Source of the DNA: Halocafeteria seosinensis
Lineage: Eukaryota
Direction: 5' to 3'
Assembly: GCA_001687465.1 (NCBI GenBank)
Contig: LVLI01000314.1
Location: 62,001-126,000 of the forward strand
DNA: 64,000 bases
The notes beneath the pieces were generated by a model. It did no database searches, was not told the origin of the DNA, and saw only the letters and a list, made by a program, of their open reading frames with translations. A program made the position numbers and the translations under genes. Every line of letters begins with the position of its first letter. Within the stretch, counting starts at the first letter, position 1. Shown piece by piece: positions 51,091 through 61,674 of this stretch.

Positions 51091-52949
51091 TCAATGTTCC
51101 TGTTCCTCCGTAGTATCTTCTCTAGCCACCTCAGTGGAATTAGCTTCACTTTGGTCTAGACTCTTGGCGAATTCAAGATACTGTGCCACTTCCTCGGCAA
51201 GCTCCGTTGATTCATTTTCTCTTAATTTGGAAACTAAATGAGATAGGGTAGAGACCAGGTCCTCTGGTACGAGTCCATGTACTTGGTCTTCGTTAGCGCC
51301 GTTGGCATCCCCACGAGTCCTAGCTGCGAGTTGCTGTAAATCTTCAGCAGACAGAGACTGGGCCTTATTGAGCTTAGATAAATTTTCAACATCTAAGAGC
51401 TGATCAAGGCGCTGCAACCTTGGAAGAATATACGGGTTTTGGTGTTCGCTTGTGTCCTCCTGGATCGAGGCAAGCTTTGTAGAAGCTGCTGCTCCCGACG
51501 AAGTATTTTGAGTAAGAACCTCCTCCCTTTCCGAAGAATTCGCGTCACTCGAAGGCAGCGCATTTTCCTCAGTTGCATCATTCCCGAGAAGGGGCTCGAC
51601 AACGATGTTGTTATCATTTGCTGACAGTTCCTGATCTATAGGTATTGCCCAATCCTCATCTAGCACTTCCGCCATGTTCGCCGCAGTGCCTCGGGAAACC
51701 TCCGTATTCGTATCGCCTTGCGAAGCTGTTGATGATTTTTTCTCAGTTTTGGCACGACTAAGCTTTTGGCATTCGCTCTGTATTTCTGATCTAAAGCATT
51801 TGGAATTATCCTTTGCAGAATTTCCCCACACACTCTTGAAGTAAACGTAGCAATCTTTGCATTTCGTCGATTGGTGCTCGCGATACCTCTTGACGATATA
51901 GACCAGAAAGACAAATAAAATAAGGTGTGAAACAATACCTAAGAGTGTGCCCGTCTTAAGGAACAAGCTAAAGACGCAAAAGCCACAAATAGGTGCTAGT
52001 AACACGAGCGCGTCTCTGGCCATTGAACTTTCCGCGAACCAACTTCCCTGAAAACTGCCTTCACTCGTTTCTGCAAGAGCCATTGATCTGCTTAACGCTT
52101 CAATATGTTCATTAGATAGTTTCTCTTCTCGTATTGCATCAATAGAGTTACGGAAACACGCTCGCGTTCTGGATACGACTCTTGGAATCGAGGACTGACA
52201 GAATGCGTTTAATGAGAGAAGGGCAGACCTCTGGGAAAACCGTAAAAAGCAAAACAAGAATAGTATAAAGGCAAGCGCATTGTAAAATCTAGCACATGTC
52301 AACGGAGGACGATTCACGAACGTACCCTGAGCAATCTCCGAAGATAGATTGTTGAGAGGTACCTATGGCGTATCTCCCCTCCATGCTCGGATTCTTCCAT
52401 CCATTCCTCATAATGTTGTGCACGTTTTCCCTTATCACCCTTTGCGCATTCTCCATCTGTATCGTTGTTGGTCTTCTTGCTAGAAGTATTCTCTAATACT
52501 GTCTCCATGACGGTCAATAGTCGGTCCAGTTCGTCCGGAAGTGATCGATCCAGCGTATTGGAATGCCCGACCGTGTATAGTATGGCAGCATTACGCATAG
52601 CCAAGCCTACTATGGGGGCGCATTGCCATTGAGTCCCCTCGGTTTGGGTCAGGTCTTTCGGGAGGAATCGCTCTGCTAAAGCAACGCAGCGTATAAACCA
52701 CTCCATGCACTGCGTGCAGTCCACGTGGGTTGGCACTGTATCACTTTGTGTTTCCTTTGCACCACTCGGAGGATCCAGAAGATAGTCCGATAAAAGCGTC
52801 AATCCGCGGTATACATCGCGGGAACGCCGTGCTGACAATAAAACACTGATACCTGCAGCAGACGACGAAGATTGCTCCCATTCGAGACGCTCATCGTCAG
52901 GGATGTCATTCACCTCCATGGACATGTATGCCGCTTCTACGGACGACAT
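51091..52949 (-). CDS. Uncharacterised protein with a helical N-domain, two predicted TM helices and an acidic C-terminus
   Basis: ORFs 52314-52949 and 51091-52317 join via intron ~52231-52325 (gtacgt..ttcccag). Hydrophobic hairpin ALVLLAPICGFCVFSLFL / LLGIVSHLILFVFLVYIV. Confidence 0.65.
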
Positions 52950-53110
52950 CTTGAGTGTGTATATGCATGTACGAAAAATAGATTAGCCCAATAGCGCATT
53001 AAATCGTGGGTGCCAGGTGACTGTGAGTGTGTGTGGGTATACTATGCCGAAGCAATGTGAAGTTGGTTGCCGCTTAATGCACTGTAGAGAGCCTATCTTC
53101 AGAAGGTGTT

Positions 53111-55117
53111 TTATTGTTTTGCCATTTTCGACAAGGCTACTCGCCTCGCTTCTTGCATCGTTTCGGGAAAGTGATGCTCCAAACTTGTTATGGTATGGTA
53201 AAATTCTTTCTCAATTTCCGCAACTAACACTTCCGTGTCGGCAATGATAGCTGTGTCGGCGTTTACCCCAAAGTGGATTGAGTCACAATACGTAAATATA
53301 CTCAGAGTGGTCCCAATGTTGTACCTTCCCGGCGCCCAAAAGATCATATCTTTGATCTGCAGTGTCAACCCAAGTGCATACTCCATAGACCTAACTACAC
53401 TCATAACTCAACTTACAGAAACGCCATCAAAAGTAAGAGTATGCCTGGGTCCAGGCACGTTGGTCAGCACCACCGAGCATTTATCACTTAGAGTATCGAA
53501 TACAAAATCGGAAACGAAACGAGGTTGAGCAACCTGCAAGTACAAAATAAACCAAGTCATGCCGCGGTCCATGATGGTGCATATTTCTGATCTTCCTCAC
53601 CATAAGCGTTTCTAGGAGAACCATCGACGACACAGGAAGCCCTGAATTCTTCAGAAATTCGAACTGTCGGTGAGTGGACACAATGTTGTCAACTGACGTT
53701 CTTCCAGTGACCTCACAACAATTGTCAGGCTCGAGAAACAATTTAGGCAGAAGGATAGCAAACTTATTGTTAACCTCTAGTTTGGAATTCCCTGGGCGGA
53801 GATTTATCGGGACTGTAGTTTGTATATCCGAAAGATCTGTCCTACCCAAAAATCGGGATTTAAAGAAATTCCCCCAGCTACTCTTCCATCTTTCTGCCTT
53901 CGCTGGGTCCTTTGCGTTCCTCTTATCCACGTAGCTCTTTAACGCAGTACCGAGAATGCCCACCAAAAGGTCATTTAAGGTAATTTTGTGTCCAGTCACC
54001 ATGCTGAGGCACTCCTTTGCCGCAAGGCCTTCTCGCATTGGGAGGTTATCTATCCAGGCTATTTGACGGCGACCATTCAGAGAAGGGCCGTGAAGGAGTG
54101 ACCGATCGGGCACAGTCAGAAAGTTAATAACGAAGTAAAAAGGAGCCAACATGGCCCCTCGAAGAAGCCATTCCCAGTAAGGGATATTCAAACGTCGCTT
54201 TTTGGAGTTATTTCCATCTTGCTCCCGCTCTTGTTCTATGGCAGGCGATTTATCCGCCAAGGCTTCCAACAATAGTCGGACAAGTGCAATACCATCAGCA
54301 AGTACATGGTGCGTTCGGATAAATATAGCAGAGCACATTTCTCCCTTTTCATTGACGTAATGTTCCACCAGCTGCACTTGCCACAGAGGCTTGCGAGGGT
54401 CTAATGGTTTCTCCATCTCGCGTTCGACGTATCGTTTCAGTTGATCTCTAGTCCATGGACTGTCATCGCTGCAAACACCAAAGATATGCTCACTCGAGTC
54501 AAATTTATCCCCCAATGACTTAAAGTAAGCAGAGAATCCTCGCTTAACGAGCACACTGGAGAACCTCGTATGTTGCGAAATCCACCTCTCCAAAACGAGG
54601 TCGCGAATCCGAGAGAACCCAATGGGTTCGACAGTAATGATGGAGTTTATAATCATCTGCAATCGAGTCAATGTCGATCTCAACACTCGCTTGGGGTCGG
54701 AATGTCTGGCGAACTTACATGATTGTTTTGATGAGCATTCATCTCACTCCAGGCTAAATCCCCAGCGGTGAGCTTCTCCCACTTTTGCTCATCAAAGTCT
54801 TTTAAGCTTCCATTCCAAACGAAATCTAGAATCACAAAAATCTTATCACATATTTGAAGTGCTATGTACCACATCCCTGTATAGCCGATATAAAAGACCC
54901 AGACGGGAATTGCTATCCAAAGCAGCAGAAAATAGAACAGTCTATTCACTCGAAAATCCTTCATTGCAGAGTCCATGCGCTCTCTCACGGCAGGTATCTC
55001 ATCCTCCTCCGAAGACGGTACGTATGACTGGCTATCCTCCGAGGTCCCATTGTGAGTATATGGGTAATGGCGCTGCTGGGACTTTTGATGGCGTCTTCGA
55101 CGGGGCGACCACGACAT
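53111..55117 (-). CDS. Wax ester synthase/diacylglycerol acyltransferase (WS/DGAT, AtfA/WSD family) with an N-terminal TM segment
   Basis: Catalytic HHxxxDG motif (RTHHVLADGI), PLDPRKPLWQ, TLNDLL, VPINLR, NKFA, VLTNVPGP and LSIFTYCDSIHFGVNAD. Confidence 0.9.
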
Positions 55118-55509
55118 TGTTTTATAATGTTGTACCAGAAGATTAGAGCAATTCACCCCAACACATGTATACATACAGTCGTACATATCACAATCTGCTT
55201 TCCATCACATTCTAATGTGACAGGGAGTCGTCACAGTATGGAACATTGGAGATGGTCACGCCCCTCTTGTGAAGCTACTGATGGAATTTATTGAATAAGT
55301 GGTACGATCCTTGGTGAGTGCTATTGGTTCAGCGCTAAAAAGTAGCGGTATTGAAAAGACACGATTCATTTTAAGCTGTTGAGCGACAATTATACGCTCG
55401 GCTATGCCGATGTGCCTTGGTTGCATGCAACGTGCAATCAACTTACAGACCTTCGGGACTTACCTAAATTCCTTGCTTCTTCTAGTCGGGAAGGATAGCT
55501 TTATTTGCC

Positions 55510-57657
55510 TTAATTTACAACGCCACTGTAACTCACTGGGTATGTAACAGAGCGCACGACTCGTTGCACAGGAATCTGTTCCCTCCGTGGTCGCGGTTTT
55601 ATGCAAAAGTCAACCGGCAACCCAAGTTTTACTCGGCCGAAATATGTTCCAGGGGGGCATTCTGGAGGTTGGTTGCTCTCGAAATCAAATGCTCCAGGAT
55701 TCTCGGAAATAAACCTGTTGCACAAAACATATAGGAAGTATGCCTAGGAAGTAATACATATTGTACTCCTCCGTCTATACGCCCACCATGCTTACCTCCC
55801 AGCGAAGAACACTCTTCTGCGAAAATGAATACCCTCAAATATTCCGAATGGGAGATATTGCAACTTCATGTGTGCAAGATAGCTGTAAGGATAAATGTTG
55901 CTTGCTGTAGCTTAAGTGAAATTTCTACATATACACTGCATTATAAACATACATTGACCTTAAGGAATCCCTGACCGGGTCAAACAATTTTAGTGAAAGT
56001 GATGGTCCGAGGGGATTGTATCCAATATTGCTGTTTAACCAGGTAGCAAAGAAAAATGCTGGCGTAAACCAGGTAAGCTTCAAGGAGAATACCATTTTGA
56101 CTTACAGGGTTTCAAGGTTGTCTAATCCTCGGAACGATGACTCCTCCACAGCGGTAATGTTGTTTCCGTCGAGGTTTCTGAAGAAATACTCACTAATGAA
56201 AACAGATACATACCGTCTGTAGTGGACTGAAATCCACTGTTCTTACAATAATTCCAAGTCTCGCAACCCATAAAATGTTCCCTCATGCAAACTTCCTATC
56301 TCATTATTAGAAAGATAGCTGAGAGTAAACCCGTACAGGTGGCTGGCTCTTCTGCTTAACCTTGTTCGGTTGCTAAATGGAGTACATACAGATGTAAGAG
56401 ATTGTCTAATCCGTCGAAGGAGCTATTGGTCAGCTTGTGTAGCTGGTTACTTTGCATACTCCTGCATAGTCGACAAGCTAATGTCCAAATAATTCACAAG
56501 GAATGACAACTTTTTAGCACCGACAAGTACTCCAAAGACTCCAGATTTTGAAACGACGGCAGTTCTTCTATCTCATTGGAAAACAAGTACCTGATACGAC
56601 ACATGAAAGTGGGGGATTGAAACTGAGCGAACGCGAGCGAACCATAGTAACTTACAACTGCTCAAGATTTCTCAGTTCGGAGAAAATGAAATTTGGTAGT
56701 CGTCTAATACTATTAGATTGCAGTTGTCTGTCACGGATCATGCTCAAGGAATATGGTGTGCCCCATGCATAATCCAACATTACGCGAATTGCTGGGCAAC
56801 ACTTACAAGCTCTCCAACATGTGTAGGCTGTCAAATAGCCCCTCTGGAAGCTCTGTTAACCTATTGTTTTTCAGTTCTCTGAATTCCATACCATTGTCAA
56901 CACATTCAACTCCGTCATATCTTTCATGATCGAGATAATTGTCCTTCTGAGTTATCCCACGTGAGACAACTTACAGGTGCTTCAATTCCTTCAAGTCCTG
57001 AAATAAGTTTGGAGGTAGACTCGTGAGGTTTCCGCTCGCCAGACTTGTGTGCGGTTCATTGAAGTGGAGGATAGTGTATAATATCCCCAAATAGTGCGCA
57101 GTCTCTTCTTACAGATAGGTCAAGTTACAAAGTCCATCAAAGCTTCCGTCGGGGATATGCCGCAAACTTTTAGCATGTAATCGGCTGCACGTATGTCACG
57201 ATATCAACTAAACGCTGCAAATTGAGGTACGCACAATGTCACCTACAGAGATGTAATCTCAGACTGATTTTGGAAAGTATCTTCACGTAGGGCTTCAACC
57301 GAGTCAAAAGCTAGATATTTGCGCAAGACAGGCAACGGAGCCCAGGAGACTTCTTGATGTCCATATGGCATACGGTATTCTACGTATACTAAAATTGTCA
57401 CCAACTTACACCTCTCCCTGGCAGTCACAGTTTACTAGAGTGTTCCTCCCACTAATGACTTCACATGAGCAACCTGAACAATTATGGCGCCGTAGAACAT
57501 CTAGGCCGCAGTTTGAGTTGCTGAGTGTGCGAGCTCCGGCGTTCTCCTCCACTGTCAGCTGGATTAAGTTTTCAGATAAATCCAAGGGCTTGGACAACTG
57601 CGCGAGTATCGATCGAGCGGTTAGTACCACGGGAACTAAGTAAAAGATGAGCTTCAT
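55510..57657 (-). CDS. Secreted leucine-rich-repeat protein, one LRR per exon (13 or more exons; possibly damaged)
   Basis: Exon 1 (57410-57657) has a signal peptide (MKLIFYLVPVVLTARSILA) and a Cys cap (CSGCSC...VNCDC). Exons 57247-57310, 57113-57184, 56975-57043, 56807-56878, 56656-56727, 56525-56590, 56390-56461, 56247-56318, 56106-56177, 55953-56030 and 55796-55882 encode e.g. LELKNNRLTELPEGLFDSLHMLES and LNLDGNNITAVEESSFRGLDNLET. The last exon, from 55714, has ENP..CPPG..FC. Confidence 0.85.
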
Positions 57658-58245
57658 TGCCTTTCGGCCATTCCTATCCTTCGAGGCATCCCACAGCACC
57701 GTGTTTAGTCTACTAGCCCGGACTTTGGGATCCCAGGACGGTAACATAGGGCAGTGGTAGTATTGTTGAGGGACAGCCGTACTGTTCGCATGCCGTATAT
57801 TACTCATGTAACACACTATGATAGTAGCTGCTCCAAATAATACCTGGTAGTTGATAGGTGTGCATTTCGGAGCAATAGTTATACACCAGCGGAGTTGAAC
57901 CCCCGAGGAGTCACTCGCAGCGAAGCTCGTTGTGCAATTAGAAATTGGTTACTTTCGGCCCATTCAATAATAATTCAACGTGGACAGTGCAAACCATCGG
58001 CTTAATTTCCCTGATGAGCTACCGTGCAACCGCGCGTACCGGCGCAGCATACTGCAGGGCTGATTCGCCGAAACACCCGAATGACAAAGACACACTGCTG
58101 TCGGTATGTTCCTTGTTCTCTCGCACAGTCCGGTTAAGTTTTTTGTTAGTTTAAACGTATCACAATTATTGAAAGTCTTCGTCCTATTGCGCTTGAAGCA
58201 AACGGACTTCCTGCAACTTGCGGCGCTGATCAACGGACACCGGAG

Positions 58246-58908
58246 TTACAGCACACCCAGTCTAAAATAGTGGAGATCAACACTACTATTGGGCCTTACC
58301 GGCTCGTTACTGCTCCTTTGCCATGATTCATCTTGTTCTAAGCCACTATACTGTAGCACACGGAAATTCGAAGATAAAGCTTCACTGGCTCCAGTACTTT
58401 GGTGGAGACTGAAAGAGGCAGCTGAATTCAGCGTCCGGTCCACACACATACCCCCACCGCCATCCAAGTGAATGGGAGTATGAGCTGCAGGAATAAACTC
58501 TGATTTCCTTAGCTGCACCGTGGCGAATGCCCAGTCAACCAAGGACGGTATACCACCACTTTCTCCGACTGTGGATGACGCTTGCGGGGCTCCATGACCT
58601 GACAGTATTCTTTGCTCCATGTACTCGTGCGTTGCTTTCTTCCGCTTCTCTGCCACGCTTAGTTTGTCAATGCACAGATGCGGGATCTCTTTACGAACAC
58701 ACTCCTGCAAATTTGACGACCCATCATTTTTCTTGGAAGAATCGCTTACGTAGAGCTTCAAAACACGTACCGCACACGGTCTCCGCTGATCACACTTTAT
58801 CTTACTGGCTGCACAAGGTTGGCAAGCTCTTCGCAAACGCTTTCTGGATTCTCCACTGCTAGCTTTCTGGCTTTCTCCAACACTGTCCGATTCTCTGAAG
58901 GGTTCCAT
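58246..58908 (-). CDS. Second Zn(II)2Cys6 transcription factor (short; cluster split by an intron)
   Basis: RKRLRRACQPCAASKIKCDQRRPCA|ECVRKEIPHLC after removing intron 58705-58770 (gtacgt..ttgcag). The 3' end is uncertain: a further intron could end the protein near 58185. Confidence 0.8.
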   Translation of the reverse strand: MEPFRESDSVGESQKASSGESRKRLRRACQPCAASKIKCDQRRPCAVRVLKLYVSDSSKKNDGSSNLQECVRKEIPHLCIDKLSVAEKRKKATHEYMEQRILSGHGAPQASSTVGESGGIPSLVDWAFATVQLRKSEFIPAAHTPIHLDGGGGMCVDRTLNSAASFSLHQSTGASEALSSNFRVLQYSGLEQDESWQRSSNEPVRPNSSVDLHYFRLGVL

Positions 58909-59844
58909 GCCGAATAAAGTGGTCTCCGCCTGTAACTGTGCTGTACAGTGTAGATCGAGCTATCAGCTATCTCTATTCCGCAGGTGAAACTGTGTTTGGA
59001 AGAGCTTTCAACAACTGAATGGTTGTCAGAAGTTGCACGTCATGTTCCTTTCCGAGGTTTGACACATAGTTTCATGAGTACTCTGGCAAGGGAAGAGTCT
59101 TCCCCACGCTTGATTGTCCGGGGAAGACCTAACACCTAACGGACCAATGGGCCAGCTGCCCCCTCCCTTAAATCCGTGTTCCACGCACTGAATTGCCTGT
59201 TTTCGTGCAGAAGCAGTCAAACAAGGAGGTGCAACTGAGTACTCCGTTCCATCAAAGTGGCACTGTCGGAACAATAGGGCAATACCTATTTGTCAACAGA
59301 ATGAAGCTTGTAGGCTCGTAGGTATGGATTCAGCGTCCTGCAGATTACTCGCACGGTTACAATGGCCGATTCCTACGACCAATACTAAGAGATGGTTCAA
59401 ATATATTCTAATATACAAGTCAATGTATCTACAATACGTGTGTATGCCTATGTGTGGAGCTCACCTTTTTGTTTGAACGGAGTTGTTGGGATATATTCAA
59501 CCCATGACTCACTCTTTCCGCAACCAATATAAGCGCTTACTGGTAAGGACCAACAACCAACGCAAGTACACAAAAGTGCCGCGCACCATAGAAGACACAT
59601 AAGACATCAGAGAAAGAACGATGATCAATGATTTAGGTTCTCATTTTCAAGGGAGTTATAGATTAGCGAAGAGTCGAAGCCAAAGATTCCTCGGCCAGAG
59701 TGAAACCGTGGAACCGGTTTCGTGTGAGGATATGGGTCACGGTGATTGTGGTTCCCCTGGTTGAATACGTTAAGAAATTGCTTTCTATAATCTCGTATGA
59801 GACGAGAATGCTTGAATAATGTACAGCTTGTTAATGACAAGGTG

Positions 59845-61493
59845 TCAAATTTTTGGCGGACTGTTGATTATGCTCCGATACCTGAGTTTAACATCTTCAA
59901 CATCCTTGCGCAATTTCCACAGCTTATATGCTTTGGAAGGGCTGCTTCTATCACTAGAGAAACTGCTTCCTGACAAGCTTGTATTCCAAGCTGGCGATGC
60001 CACCGGGTTAGAGGTTGAAGACACACAGTTTGCTCGGGGTTCTTCCCTCGATTTGAAAACTCCTGGTGTTCTCTGTCTCTCCATCTTGCTTAATGTATTG
60101 ATTGTGTCCTTACATTCAGTATAATCCTGAGATGCCGAGAAGTCGATAGCATCTAATGATGGCAAGATACTGACGCTCATCATTGTAGAATCGTGATCGG
60201 TAGAATGTGTCCACAGTCTTGACATGGTACTGGTGATAGAACTAATGGTACTACTAGTTGAGACCGGTTCCGACGCTTGGGATATTTCCATTTCATCGAC
60301 CTTGTCCGAAAATTTCAATGAAACAGAAACGTTATCAGTCTTCTCGCCACTATCCCTTGGTCCGTGCAGCCGAGATTTGCTCTTGGAATGTCTTCCACGC
60401 TCAAATTGAGGAGTTACCTCTTCTCCGAATGATAATCGCTCAGATGCTGGTACCTGCATGTACTCACCCTGAGCCTGAGAAGGCCCGATGGGTGATATGG
60501 CCCAATCTTCCAGGACGCATTCCCCGTCTTCTTCCTGAGAAGGCGTAATTCTATGTGTGTCGCAGCCACTAGACTTTTGATTATAGGGCATGGGGGATCG
60601 TGGAGGCAGATGTTTTTTTCTTGTCCCTGGTGTCCTGTTTTCCTTCAGCTCCCCGCCTTCGTCTGTGTAGACTACTTCAGACTCGCCAACCCTTTGAGGC
60701 GACATGAATACTTGGGGCAACGAGGAGAATGGAGATAGAAACACTTGCTTGCGTTCTTTCGGAGGTGTACCAAATAATTTTCTTTGAGTGTTTTGCGTTC
60801 CACCCCATGATTCTGCAATGCCTTCTTCAGTTCGCTGTGGGGTGCCTCGAGAACGCAACAAAACGTGTTTGTCTTGCTCAGTTTGCCCACGCCCCTCGGG
60901 AGTCTTCAATGTAGATATTGAATGCTTCCCGTTACCAAAATAGCTAACATCATCTTTATCCCCTTCGTACGATATACTGAAGTCAATGTTGTCTTCGTTT
61001 TCTTCCTGTGATATCAAGGACATTCCAAAGTGACGTTTAACGGTGGGAAGCGAACACGCCAGCCTACATACCTCCGAAAATGTTTCTGCTCTTAGTTCTG
61101 CGATTTCCTCAATACTGAGATTTAAATTTTCAGGGGGAACTGCGAGGCGATACAAATGACTCGAACAATTAGTACAACATGCGCACACAGACGGATGGCA
61201 TCCTTACTGTCACGTGGAGTTCCATCACTCGTCTCCTCTTGAAATGCGCGATCAAAGTCGGGAAAGTTGACTTTTTGCTGCCTCGCTACTTTGAACGGAT
61301 GCTGCACATATTTTCCAGAGGATCGATGCCTCTTGTCATCGTGGGAGGCGTCGGTATGTCCCGCCAAAGTGTTGTCATTCAAATGGGATCGAACCGTCGC
61401 CGTTCTTCCCGACGACGAAGTTATTTGCTGATGCTGCCCTTCCATATCATCGCCTTTAACTACAGCTTTTATCCGCGACACATGCAGTTCCAT
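59845..61493 (-). CDS. Uncharacterised, largely disordered S/T-P-rich protein
   Basis: ORF from ATG 61493 (MELHVSRIK) joins the 447-codon frame via a gtaagg..cgcag intron (~61140-61206). Many SP/TP sites. The 3' end may extend through another intron. Confidence 0.6.
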
Positions 61494-61674
61494 ACTACTG
61501 CAAGTATCCAAAAATTTGGCCTGACATATCATACTGAGACACTTAAGACGCTTCGATCAGCAAGCGTTAAGCTGGAGACGTCAATCTTTTCGTCTATTTA
61601 ATAACTTCAACTTCTTCAGCAGTGATTTTGCAAGCAAAACATGGTCATACAACAGTATAGATGGCCTAGGAACC

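Noticed and set aside
57885..57960. Minus-strand GGTTCAACTCC, similar to a tRNA T-loop/B-box
   Set aside because: The T-stem is mismatched and no acceptor, D or anticodon arms can be formed.
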